In this document: positions 1-9,148 of the stretch, piece after piece
Numbering within the stretch: the stretch's first letter is position 1
How the letters are laid out: each line of letters starts with the position of its first letter
Assembly (NCBI GenBank): GCA_963677595.1
Contig: OY782041.1
Coordinates: 2,368,001 to 2,432,000 of the forward strand
Length of the DNA stretch: 64,000 bases
Direction: 5' to 3'
Source: Spirochaetia bacterium
Lineage (GTDB): Bacteria > Spirochaetota > Spirochaetia > CAKZLE01
Made by a program: the position numbers and the translations under genes
The notes under the pieces: generated by a model
Seen by the model: the letters and a program-made list of their open reading frames with translations, nothing else
Told to the model about the DNA's origin: nothing
Databases searched by the model: none

Positions 1-180
1 ATGCTGATATATGTCAAGAAATGTTAAGACCCAGTGTCTGTTAATCATGTATATCCCTGTTGACAGTGTTTGCAGGAATGTCATCATTGTTTGTGGTTCT
101 ATCTGTAACTTCATCTGTAATTGACCAGTGAAAAGCTTTTATTTCTAGATATGTGACATCGAATTTGATATACTAACGAT

Positions 181-330
181 ATGCCCACTATATCGATGTT
201 TTATGGAATTATGATACGTATGTATCTTGGTGGAAAAGAACACAATCCACCCCATTTTCATGCTAATTATTATCAGGGGAGCAAAGGTCTCTTCTCAATT
301 AATACCTGTTCTATAGAACCTTTAAAATAG
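181..330 (+). pseudogene. DUF4160-family toxin-like gene, apparently with an internal in-frame deletion (49 aa)
   Basis: Manual translation MPTISMFYGIMIRMYLGGKEHNPPHFHANYYQGSKGLFSINTCSIEPLK*. It has the HxPPHxH motif and the typical IEPLK C-terminus but is much shorter than the roughly 85-aa family members. Lies directly upstream of a DUF2442 gene. Confidence 0.75.
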
Positions 331-340
331 GAGGCCAGTT

Positions 341-583
341 ATGTATTTGAGTGTAACAGATGCTAAACCTCTCCAAGACTATAAACTACTCCTTACTTTT
401 GAAAATAACGAAAAACGGGTTTTTAACGTGATGCCATATCTAGGGAAAGGTATTTTTTCAGAACTGAAAGATCTGAAAGTCTTTTCATCTGTAAGAGTCG
501 AGTTTGACACAATATCCTGGGCAAACGGTGCTGATCTTGACCCGGAAGTTCTTTACGAAGACAGTCTTCCCCTGGAAGCCTAA
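341..583 (+). CDS. DUF2442-family protein (antitoxin-like partner of DUF4160)
   Basis: 80 aa with YKLLLTFEN and ISWANGADLDPEVLY patterns; GGAGG RBS at 330-334; paired with the DUF4160 gene. Confidence 0.85.
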   Translation: MYLSVTDAKPLQDYKLLLTFENNEKRVFNVMPYLGKGIFSELKDLKVFSSVRVEFDTISWANGADLDPEVLYEDSLPLEA

Positions 584-632
584 CAGCTTCTTCCCCATGA
601 ACAGGTGAACTACCCACAAACATCTCTATACA

Positions 633-663
633 CAGAAAAGCCACCAGATTTCTCTGATGGCTT
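633..663 (-). terminator. Intrinsic terminator immediately downstream of the duplicated tRNA 3' end
   Basis: Hairpin AAGCCACCAGA-TTTC-TCTGATGGCTT flanked by A/T tracts; could act in both directions. Confidence 0.6.
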
Positions 664-670
664 CCTTTTC

Positions 671-712
671 TAGCAGGGACAGGACTCGAACCTGCGACCT
701 CCGGGTTATGAG
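671..712 (-). repeat. att core, copy 1 (duplicated 3' 42 nt of tRNA-Met)
   Basis: TAGCAGGGACAGGACTCGAACCTGCGACCTCCGGGTTATGAG is identical to 50030..50071. Confidence 0.97.
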
Positions 713-838
713 TGAGTTCCGGTTTTCTCAACCTGCGTTCTTTCTTGTTCGTAAGTGTAGACAATAAAAAGAGAAGCGTCAACAGGAATTTTATAGCCGT
801 TGCTAGAAATTTTCAAAAGTAGCCCCTTGTTCAACGGT

Positions 839-862
839 TTATCTGTAATTCTGTCTGTAACT
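839..862. promoter_or_regulatory. Putative integrase arm-type sites (TCTGTAA pair, 12-bp spacing)
   Basis: ATCTGTAATTCTGTCTGTAACT; the same paired motif occurs at 49937..49958 near the other att. Confidence 0.6.
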
Positions 863-925
863 GAAGCCCCATAATACAGATTCTGAACTGGGAAAATTTG
901 ACTTTCGTTCGGCGGGTCCAAGTGT

Positions 926-958
926 CTTTCCCGACGTTTACCCGACGCTTTCCCGACG
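926..958. repeat. Three tandem 11-bp repeats YTTWCCCGACG
   Basis: CTTTCCCGACG / TTTACCCGACG / CTTTCCCGACG read directly. Confidence 0.85.
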
Positions 959-1060
959 GTATGGTAACATTGATTTTTATAATAAGAGAGAGGTAGAGTG
1001 ATATATGCGATTATCATTAGCCTTCCTTAGAAGTAGTATCTTAAGAGAAGACTAAAGTTA

Positions 1061-1252
1061 TTATATCGATAGTAAATTCCCTTTTTCCTTTAAAAGGTCT
1101 TGTTCCCTCTTTAGTTTATCTCTGACCGCTAGTTCTACGAATTCTCCTATCTTAACTTTCTTACCAGTTTTCACGTATATCTGGGCAAGAAGTAATAGCA
1201 GTTCCTGGTAGGTTGTCTCATCAGTCTTTGCCCAAAGTCTTTTACTTGTCAT
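1061..1252 (-). CDS. Small putative DNA-binding protein (ribbon-helix-helix-like)
   Basis: 63 aa with a beta-helix-helix pattern (KRLWAKTDETTYQEL...IGEFVELAVRDKL); GGAG RBS upstream. Confidence 0.5.
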   Translation of the reverse strand: MTSKRLWAKTDETTYQELLLLLAQIYVKTGKKVKIGEFVELAVRDKLKREQDLLKEKGNLLSI

Positions 1253-1426
1253 TGTGTAATTATGTTTTCTCCATATATATTTTTCAATTCACGTAACGTA
1301 ATAAAAGTTTGTGTGCCAAATATTGTTCGTATCAGTTCTTTTCGCTTGACACCAAGTGTTTGCATACTCACACTGTAGAAGATTGCTTTATAATGTGAGA
1401 CGTTATTCTAAATAGAGGAATTTTAA

Positions 1427-4216
1427 ATGAACCTTTCTGATTATCCAGGGACTCGATGGTATAAATGCGATTTACATCTTCATACACTTGCAAGCAAATG
1501 TTTCGAAGATGATGATTACTCTCCAGAGGCATTTATTGATGCTGTAAGTGCTAAGGGATTAGATTGTATCGCGATTACAGATCATAACACAGGGAAGAGC
1601 ATTGATGCTATAAAAGACGCTGCAAGAGATAAAAATATTACTGTCTTTCCTGGGGTTGAAATCACATGTACTGATGCAAAGGTCCATATTCTAGTACTGT
1701 TTAATCCTGAAAAGACAACACAGGATGTAGAGGATTTTCTTATAAGTCTAGGATTGGATAGGCAAAAATTTGGAGCACAGAATGCTCATATTGATAAGAC
1801 AATTACTAAGATAATGGAAATCATTGAGAGGAATGAGGCAATTGCTATACCCGCTCATATCGATGAATATAATGGATTGTCTTCTATAGCGGATGCCGTA
1901 AAGCAAGAATTATTTGGGAATGGGTTAATATCATCTGTACAGATAGTTCATTCAAGATTGATGAAAGAGAGCCTTTCAGGTGAAGAAGAAACCGAACTAA
2001 TAGATTATCTGAATGAATATTACGGAAAGACTGAGATAGGATTTCGTGATTTGAATACATGGCGTAGTTGTTCAAAATATATTAAATCAATAGCACAGCT
2101 AACTTTTTCAGATAATCCGAAAGAAACAAAATCATCAAAACACGGGCTCTGGGGGGTAGGTAATAAATATACGTGGATTAAAATGGGGAAATCCCCAGAT
2201 CTTGACAGCTTGAAGCAGGCATTCTTGGTTCCTGATCTTCGAGTACGAAATATGTTTTCTTGTCAATATAAGCCATATCAAGAACCAAAAACATGGATCG
2301 AAAGCATCTCAATAAACGATACATATATAACAGAATGTGGAAAGGGTTTTTCGCTATCCTTTAGCCCACAAATGAATACAATTATTGGGGGAAGAGGAAG
2401 CGGGAAATCGAGTATTTTGAGATTTATTCGTGGAATATTAAAAAAAACAAACGATCTTAGCTCTCTAACTGAAGTTGGTGAAGAGTTTCAGAATTTCTAT
2501 CAAAAGCAAGATTCACATCAGCATGGAGTATTTAATGGAAAATCCCAAATAACTCTAAATTTATTCAAGAACGGTATTTCTTATCAAATAGTAGCCGAAA
2601 ACATCACCGATGTTCATAATCAGAAAATCTCGATTTCGAAATTTGATTTTGAAACTAGAGAATATATTGAGATTGTGCAAGAAGAATTTTTATCTTTATT
2701 TGAAGTAAATATTTTTTCTCAGAAGCAAATCTACGAGATAGCAAACAATCCTAATGCCTTGTTAACCATTATAGATGAATCAATAGATGGTTTAGAAAGT
2801 AAAAAAGCCGAGATATCTCAACTCAAATCAGATTATTATGTTATTTCATCTGAAATAAGAAGTTATAAAGAAAAAATTAAAAATATAAAATTAATAGAGA
2901 GTGAAATTGATGAGATTGATTCAAGAATAAAATTGCTACAGAAAAGTGGCATTACTGATTTACTAGAACTAAGCCAACAGTATTCGAAAGAGAGCACTTA
3001 CCTGAGTAGATTTTTAACCAAAATTGATGAAGAAGTTAAGTCTTTTAATCATTTATTGGAAAAGTTGAAACTTGTTGTAGAGTTTGATGAGACTGTTTTA
3101 AAAACATCAAATAAAGATTCCATAATTGCTATAAAAGACAATCTTAATAACAGCACCTTTAAAATAATTGAAAGAATAACTTCGCTGAAGGATGAATATG
3201 TTGGAAATGTTGAAAAAGCAAAAGAAGCAATAAAAACATCTGGGTGGAGTACATTCAGACAATTGAATTTGGACCAAATTGAAATTAAGAAACGGGATTT
3301 GGGTGATCAAGCGATTAAAAATATTGAAGAGATTGGGGCCTTGGTTGAAGAAAAGCATAGTAAAGAGAAAGAGCGAGATGTTATAAGGAAATATGAGGCT
3401 GATATAAAACTTAAAGAAAAAGATCTAGAGATGAACTATTTAGAATATCTGAAAGCAATTAACGAGGTTTCTGAATGTCGTAAAGATTTTTTACGTGAAT
3501 CTGTTAGCGGTGATAATGTAAGAATTTCGGTTGCGCCTTTTCGAGATAAAAAAATGTTTGAAAAAGAGTTTAGGTCAATAATCAATAATGAGACTGCTTT
3601 TCACGATTCAATTGAAACTTTAATGCAAAAGTGTTTCGATGGTAGACTGCCCGATACTCTCAAAATCATCCATGAAGATTTACACCAACTTAGAGTAGGG
3701 GAAATTCCAGAAAATTACGATGGACGTTTTAAGAATTGTATTCAACGTCTTTCTCCTGATCAATTTGATAGTCTGATACTTCTTGTCCCAGATGACGAAA
3801 TAAAAGCCGAATATAAGCCCCCTAGGTCTAAAACATTTAAAAAGATTTCCTCAGCTTCCGCTGGCCAGAAAACTGCCACAATTCTGACTTTTTTGCTTTC
3901 CTTTGGTAATGAGCCTCTAATTTTAGATCAACCTGAGGATGATTTAGATAATCATCTAGTCTATGGGTTAATTGTTGACCGGCTTAAAGAATCAAAAGAA
4001 TCAAGACAAGTGATAGTAGTGACACACAATGCAAATATCCCGGTTAATGGTGATTCTGAATATATCATAGCAATGGATTCAGAATCGCTAAATCTTAATG
4101 TCTTACATGAGGGATCCATTGACGAGGATAATATAAAAAAGGAGATATGTGATGTCATGGAAGGTGGAGAGGATGCTTTCCGACTACGGTCAAAACGTTA
4201 TGAAATAAATAAATAA
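1427..4216 (+). CDS. PHP phosphoesterase + SMC/ABC-type ATPase fusion (Ppl/TrlF-like anti-phage protein)
   Basis: PHP motifs DLHLHT, AITDHN, GVEIT, AHID; Walker A GGRGSGKS; coiled coil; signature SAGQ; Walker B LILDQPEDDLD; H-loop VVTHN. Confidence 0.88.
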   Translation: MNLSDYPGTRWYKCDLHLHTLASKCFEDDDYSPEAFIDAVSAKGLDCIAITDHNTGKSIDAIKDAARDKNITVFPGVEITCTDAKVHILVLFNPEKTTQDVEDFLISLGLDRQKFGAQNAHIDKTITKIMEIIERNEAIAIPAHIDEYNGLSSIADAVKQELFGNGLISSVQIVHSRLMKESLSGEEETELIDYLNEYYGKTEIGFRDLNTWRSCSKYIKSIAQLTFSDNPKETKSSKHGLWGVGNKYTWIKMGKSPDLDSLKQAFLVPDLRVRNMFSCQYKPYQEPKTWIESISINDTYITECGKGFSLSFSPQMNTIIGGRGSGKSSILRFIRGILKKTNDLSSLTEVGEEFQNFYQKQDSHQHGVFNGKSQITLNLFKNGISYQIVAENITDVHNQKISISKFDFETREYIEIVQEEFLSLFEVNIFSQKQIYEIANNPNALLTIIDESIDGLESKKAEISQLKSDYYVISSEIRSYKEKIKNIKLIESEIDEIDSRIKLLQKSGITDLLELSQQYSKESTYLSRFLTKIDEEVKSFNHLLEKLKLVVEFDETVLKTSNKDSIIAIKDNLNNSTFKIIERITSLKDEYVGNVEKAKEAIKTSGWSTFRQLNLDQIEIKKRDLGDQAIKNIEEIGALVEEKHSKEKERDVIRKYEADIKLKEKDLEMNYLEYLKAINEVSECRKDFLRESVSGDNVRISVAPFRDKKMFEKEFRSIINNETAFHDSIETLMQKCFDGRLPDTLKIIHEDLHQLRVGEIPENYDGRFKNCIQRLSPDQFDSLILLVPDDEIKAEYKPPRSKTFKKISSASAGQKTATILTFLLSFGNEPLILDQPEDDLDNHLVYGLIVDRLKESKESRQVIVVTHNANIPVNGDSEYIIAMDSESLNLNVLHEGSIDEDNIKKEICDVMEGGEDAFRLRSKRYEINK

Positions 4217-4233
4217 TTTTTAAATACATAAGA

Positions 4234-5211
4234 TTACTGCTTTGATTTATTGAAAATTTGAACAACGATTTGGTGTGATATATGCCACATCATTACTGGA
4301 GGTATGGCATTCCCAAGAGCCCTGTATTGTGAGAACTCTGATCCCACAAGTTTGAAGTTTTCTGGAAAAGATTGAATTCTGGAAACTTCTCGAGGCGTGA
4401 ATCTTCTGAATCTTCCTGATATTTTTAAAACGGGATCTGTGCTATTTAAAGAGACCTTTGCAAGGTGAGCACCTACAGTGTTGCAGGGCTGGGAAATGTC
4501 TTGGGCTCGACCTTTGTTCATCATTTTATTCGATTTCTGAAGCCCTAGAACAGCCCTCTCACTAAAATAATATTTTTCAGGAACTTCATTTTCATTAATA
4601 ATTACTTCATTTAATGGGATGGGTGAAATACTATTAGATAATGGCTTGAAATTAAAGTTTAAGTTTAAATCATCCCTTATTCCTATTATGAATACTCTCT
4701 CCCTTTTTTGAGGCACACCGAAATCTACAGAATTTAAAAGTTTCCAAGTAACATTATACCCGGCTTCTTCAAAATTTTTTATAATGAGTGGGAATGCTTT
4801 CTTTTTATTAGCTGACAATATACCTTTCACATTTTCAGCAATAAAGACTTTGGGGCGCTTCTCTTTGAGTATTCTCACCATCTCGAAAAATAATTTGCCC
4901 TTATCATCCTTATACCCTAGTCGGGGAGGGTTCTGGGCTACAATTGAAAAGGATTGGCAGGGGAATCCTCCCGTTAAAATGTCATGATCAGGGATTTCGG
5001 ATGCTTCGACATCTCTAATATCTTTTTGCTGACACTTTATTTGAAAGTTCTCATTAAAAATCTGACAGGCCGATTCTTCTATGTCATTCGCATACACGAT
5101 TTCAGTATTTAGCCGTGGGTATTTTGTATTAAGAAAAGTGAAACCACCTTCGATGCCTATGTCTGTTCCACCGCATCCGCTAAACAATGAGGCTACACGT
5201 ATTAGTTCCAT
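4234..5211 (-). CDS. DNA (cytosine-5)-methyltransferase (M2 of an RM operon)
   Basis: FSGCGG, GFPCQ, ENVKG, QKRERV, motif IX RRFTPREVSRIQSFP, motif X LGNAIPP. Confidence 0.95.
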   Translation of the reverse strand: MELIRVASLFSGCGGTDIGIEGGFTFLNTKYPRLNTEIVYANDIEESACQIFNENFQIKCQQKDIRDVEASEIPDHDILTGGFPCQSFSIVAQNPPRLGYKDDKGKLFFEMVRILKEKRPKVFIAENVKGILSANKKKAFPLIIKNFEEAGYNVTWKLLNSVDFGVPQKRERVFIIGIRDDLNLNFNFKPLSNSISPIPLNEVIINENEVPEKYYFSERAVLGLQKSNKMMNKGRAQDISQPCNTVGAHLAKVSLNSTDPVLKISGRFRRFTPREVSRIQSFPENFKLVGSEFSQYRALGNAIPPVMMWHISHQIVVQIFNKSKQ

Positions 5212-6614
5212 GGTAGTAATTCCTGATATTCTCCGCTTGTTTCCGGATTAAAAGTGATTTCCATTCCCATTTGAGTGTTGAGTAACATATCAATTTTATC
5301 TTCTTTGTATAACCTGTCAGGATCCTGTAGAACATATAATTTTTTTGATTCTTTACTGATATATAGTCGATAGATAAAATATCTATCTGACAAAGTTTTT
5401 GCTGTATTCCACTCATTTGGTGTTAAATGGAATCTGTGAAAAGAAATGTTTTTACTGCTTATTGTAGTTTTTACTTCGATATACCTTTTTCGTGCATCAA
5501 GTTCAACCGATTGCAAATCATAACCAACTGCATATGAAGTGGGAATTAATTTAATAAGGTGTAGAAGGTCTTCTCTACCACCAATAGTAATTCTCTTACA
5601 TTCATGTCCGTATGCTAAGTTTTCACCTAAGTCTCCAATCTCCTTAGTGCGAACTTCTTGTGACTCGACTCTACTAAGAAGATCTTCATAGCTCTTCATC
5701 ATATTTTCATACTGTTCTTCACTGTCAGATATCAGGGCAAGAATATCTGTCATAAAGAAATCTTGGGATACCTTCTTATTAACAAATTCAAACCATGGAA
5801 CTTTTAATGATTTTATTTCTTCGAGATCTCCTGCATTATTTTCTATCTGGGTGTCATATCCTGAGAACCATGAAGGATTTGAAAGAAAGAAATCAATAGT
5901 TTTGCTCTCTAGAGAGTTGATGTAAAAATTACCATTATAAGTATTTAAAAGATTTGCGATTGACATATAGTCTAATATATCACCTGCATACCTGATGATA
6001 TCTCCAGTCCAATCCCATGAATAATTATGTTCCTTTGCATCTAATATTCTATCCACTGTTTCCGCATTAGACTCAAGGCCGGCAGTTACTCTTAAATCAT
6101 TGAAAATCAAATGTGTAGCTTCAGCCTTTGATAATCCAATATTTTTCCCCGTTGAAGCTTTAAGATCTGTTAAGATTTTTAATATGGTGTATGCAGGATG
6201 GAACTTGACACCTTTTTCCACAAACTTTTCAATTTCATGAGATTTTATATGTGCTCCCGGATATTGGAAGAAATATAGAAAAATTTTGAAGAACTGAACA
6301 AGATCCTGATTAGTTGCAAGATCTTGCGATCGTTGTGATGATCTGGTCAGATTATTGGGCTTATCCTCAATGTAAAAACCGAAAAGTGAAGATATTTCAG
6401 TTCTCCAGTTATTTATTGTTTTTTCGGATAAACCAATATTTCCCGGAAACCGTCTGATAGCCTCGTTTAGTTTTAATTTGAAATCGTCGCAAGATGCGGT
6501 GTCAATCCGTTTTATTTCCTCCGCGACAAAGATAAGGACGTTTTCAATATTATTTTTAAATCTGGGACGAACATGGTGGATACGGAAATAGTATTCAGCA
6601 GGAACATTATACAT
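5202..6614 (-). CDS. Putative restriction endonuclease with C-terminal DUF3883-like PD-(D/E)XK domain
   Basis: GDLGE...GYDLQS...RYIEVKTT...LTPNEW motifs; overlaps a C5 methylase gene on each side. Confidence 0.8.
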   Translation of the reverse strand: MYNVPAEYYFRIHHVRPRFKNNIENVLIFVAEEIKRIDTASCDDFKLKLNEAIRRFPGNIGLSEKTINNWRTEISSLFGFYIEDKPNNLTRSSQRSQDLATNQDLVQFFKIFLYFFQYPGAHIKSHEIEKFVEKGVKFHPAYTILKILTDLKASTGKNIGLSKAEATHLIFNDLRVTAGLESNAETVDRILDAKEHNYSWDWTGDIIRYAGDILDYMSIANLLNTYNGNFYINSLESKTIDFFLSNPSWFSGYDTQIENNAGDLEEIKSLKVPWFEFVNKKVSQDFFMTDILALISDSEEQYENMMKSYEDLLSRVESQEVRTKEIGDLGENLAYGHECKRITIGGREDLLHLIKLIPTSYAVGYDLQSVELDARKRYIEVKTTISSKNISFHRFHLTPNEWNTAKTLSDRYFIYRLYISKESKKLYVLQDPDRLYKEDKIDMLLNTQMGMEITFNPETSGEYQELLPWN

Positions 6615-7653
6615 TTAGCTCTCCCAATATACTCATTAATTCTTTTGCTATTACCCCAGCAAGGATCGGAGGAACAGCATTCCCTACTTGTGTTTCTTGC
6701 TCGGATTTGTTTCCAAGGAAGACAAACGAATCTGGAAAAGACTGAATCCGTGCTGCTTCCCTTACTGTAGGTACTCTGTTGAAAGCGTAATGAAAATGGT
6801 GCCTATGTCCAGTATCAATTGTGAAGCTTGGGAATTTGCTATTCAGCCTTGTCCATGCAATATTAACTTTCCTCGAATTTTTAAACTCCTCTGGAAGGTT
6901 TTTATAATTGCCACCATCAGGTACCAAATTTATTATCATTTTTGTTTTGTCTGTATGTTTGGTTGTTATATGATTATATATCCCATTTGACCCCTGTCTC
7001 ATTTTTTCTTGGTAGTTTGATTTTGGTTTTTCAGGATATCCTTCTTCTGGTTTGATATCAAATTCAGGTAAATCTGAAATAGCTTCTTCTGCACTAATAT
7101 GGTCAGTTAAATATTTATCAAGACGGTTAAAGTCGAATTTATGTGAGGATTTGAATCCGATAAGGATAAATCTTTTCCTATGTTGGGGCACACCATAATC
7201 TGAGGCTTTAAGAATTTTCCAATTTAGATGGTAGCCAATATTCTCGAAGTCAGTGAGAATAGAATTTAAAATTATGCCTTCACCCATAGATGCTATATTG
7301 GGCACATTCTCCATCATAAATACTGCTGGTTGTAGTACTTCTACAAATTTCAAAAACTGTTTGTATAATTTATTACGATGATCATCAACAATACGTTTCC
7401 CTGCAATTGAAAAACCTTGACAAGGGGGGCCGCCGATTATGACATCTACCTCCCGTCCTTTCATAATATCCAAGGGATCTATTTGTGCTAAATCAGCATT
7501 AATAGTAGTGGTTTCCTGATGGTTAAGTCTTAATGTATCTAATGCAATTTGACAATTGTCAATCGCATAATTTATCCTAAATCCAGCATTTTGGAATCCA
7601 AGAGACAATCCTCCACAACCTGAGAATAAGTCGAGTACCCTATATTTTTTCAC
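6607..7653 (-). CDS. DNA (cytosine-5)-methyltransferase (M1 of an RM operon)
   Basis: DLFSGCGG, GGPPCQ, ENVP, QHRKR, TVREAARIQSFPD, QVGNAVPP. Confidence 0.95.
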   Translation of the reverse strand: MKKYRVLDLFSGCGGLSLGFQNAGFRINYAIDNCQIALDTLRLNHQETTTINADLAQIDPLDIMKGREVDVIIGGPPCQGFSIAGKRIVDDHRNKLYKQFLKFVEVLQPAVFMMENVPNIASMGEGIILNSILTDFENIGYHLNWKILKASDYGVPQHRKRFILIGFKSSHKFDFNRLDKYLTDHISAEEAISDLPEFDIKPEEGYPEKPKSNYQEKMRQGSNGIYNHITTKHTDKTKMIINLVPDGGNYKNLPEEFKNSRKVNIAWTRLNSKFPSFTIDTGHRHHFHYAFNRVPTVREAARIQSFPDSFVFLGNKSEQETQVGNAVPPILAGVIAKELMSILGELNV

Positions 7654-8080
7654 CCTTAATTTCCTTTATCAGTTTCTCTAGATAATGAAGATCTTTAATT
7701 TCACATTCCCAAACAACTAGAACTTTAAACCCTAGTTTTTCTAGTTCTAAGTAGTTTTCCTCATCTCTGGTAATATTCCTGTTTATTTTATCTCTCCAAT
7801 AAGTCGTATTAGTCTTAGGGAGATGATTCTTCTTGCAATACTGATGCCCATGCCAAAAACATCCATTTACAAATACAACTGTTTTATAAAGGGATAAAAC
7901 AATATCTGGTTTCCCTGGAAGTATCCCATCATTGATAATTTTTTTTGAAACGTTGCCGTGCAATCGATATCTAAACCCTCTAGCAAATAGAAATTTTCGG
8001 ACCACCAATTCTGGTTTAGTATTTTTTGATCTGATTAGACTCATGTTCCAGCTGCGTTTTTCATTTGACAAATTATCCAC
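7640..8080 (-). CDS. vsr: Very short patch repair endonuclease
   Basis: RSWNMSLIRSKNTKPE, PGKPDIV, FVNGCFWHGH, VVWECE. Confidence 0.93.
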   Translation of the reverse strand: MDNLSNEKRSWNMSLIRSKNTKPELVVRKFLFARGFRYRLHGNVSKKIINDGILPGKPDIVLSLYKTVVFVNGCFWHGHQYCKKNHLPKTNTTYWRDKINRNITRDEENYLELEKLGFKVLVVWECEIKDLHYLEKLIKEIKGEKI

Positions 8081-8181
8081 GGTCTAATTTTACAACTCCT
8101 TTTGAACGAGATTATATCAAAACATCTTTAAAATATAAAGTTTCTAGAGAAAGTATGCTTTGACATCATTTCTAAAAAAAA

Positions 8182-8898
8182 TCAATATGGATGACAATGG
8201 AACCAGGCCACAACCTTCCCTTTGATCACTACGTTCTCATCGTCGATTGATACTGTTTTCACGTCTGGGTATCTTGGGTTCTCTGAGGATACCTTGATGG
8301 TTCTGTCAAAAGAGTCGAATTCTACCCGTTTGACCAAGACATCGCCGTTTACTGAGAGGACATAGATTCCTTCCTTGGCAATATGGCCGAGAGCAAAGAC
8401 CACGATATCTCCATCAAATATCCTGACTCCGGTCATGGAGTCTCCACGGACCTCAACCGCTTTTAAATCTGAAATATTATAATTTGATACCAATCTTCTC
8501 AGGACCGGAATATGATTACCGGAGAACTGTTCATCTATCATCATGGCCCCGTATCCGGCAGAAGCCTTCTGATCCAGGACAGGGAGCATGAGAAAATCAT
8601 CATCCGTGCTGAGAGGGATCTCCTGATTCCTAGGGGTCATATAGATAGCATGTTTCCTGACCGCTTGAGAGACCGCTTCCTGATCTTGGAGGAGATCTTC
8701 GCCGTCGCCGGTAACCAGGTACTCGACTGATACTCCGAGAGACTTAGCAATTTTCACAGCCAGGTCGGCTTTCGGCAGTCGGTCGTGGGTAATCCAGCTG
8801 GACATCGTGCCGCTTGAAACAGCTATCTCATTACATAACCAGTTCTGGTTTTTCTCGGGGTCTAAATTTTTTTTCACTCTTTTCCAGAAATCTAACAT
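8182..8898 (-). CDS. CI-like repressor (XRE HTH + S24 autopeptidase)
   Basis: N-terminal HTH (KIAKSLGVSVEYLVTG), ASAG cleavage site, VRGDSM serine and LVKR lysine. Confidence 0.93.
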   Translation of the reverse strand: MLDFWKRVKKNLDPEKNQNWLCNEIAVSSGTMSSWITHDRLPKADLAVKIAKSLGVSVEYLVTGDGEDLLQDQEAVSQAVRKHAIYMTPRNQEIPLSTDDDFLMLPVLDQKASAGYGAMMIDEQFSGNHIPVLRRLVSNYNISDLKAVEVRGDSMTGVRIFDGDIVVFALGHIAKEGIYVLSVNGDVLVKRVEFDSFDRTIKVSSENPRYPDVKTVSIDDENVVIKGKVVAWFHCHPY

Positions 8899-8905
8899 AC
8901 GTAAG

Positions 8906-8934
8906 AGTATATCGAAATAGTCATATGTTGACTA
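8906..8934 (-). promoter_or_regulatory. PRM-like promoter for cI
   Basis: Minus strand TAGTCA-17 bp-TATACT, 7 nt before the cI ATG. Confidence 0.6.
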
Positions 8935-8992
8935 GCGTATATGAGTGTCATTATTGATAAATCTGAGCAGAAAAAACATACATAAAAACCTC

Positions 8993-9021
8993 TTGAACAT
9001 GTAGGTATACGGATGTATAGT
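8993..9021 (+). promoter_or_regulatory. PR-like early lytic promoter
   Basis: TTGAAC-17 bp-TATAGT, divergent from cI. Confidence 0.6.
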
Positions 9022-9028
9022 GACACAC

Positions 9029-9148
9029 ATGAAGACAATGAATGGAAGAAACAAACGCAAGATTGACTGGGTATTCCCGGATCTCCATTGGAAAAAAGTT
9101 GTTTATGCAGACCGATTTCGAATCCTACATATGGTAAGAAATTTCTGA
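9029..9148 (+). CDS. 39-aa basic ORF in the cro position (function unknown)
   Basis: MKTMNGRNKRKIDWVFPDLHWKKVVYADRFRILHMVRNF*, starting 7 nt after the -10 box; no clear HTH. Confidence 0.3.
   Translation: MKTMNGRNKRKIDWVFPDLHWKKVVYADRFRILHMVRNF

Noticed and set aside
671-712. Second tRNA-Met gene
   Set aside because: Only the 3' 42 nt are present; it is the att duplication.
423-1017. ORFs 423..782 and 706..1017 (also 49917..50183)
   Set aside because: They run across the att/tRNA sequence or antisense to DUF2442; likely spurious.
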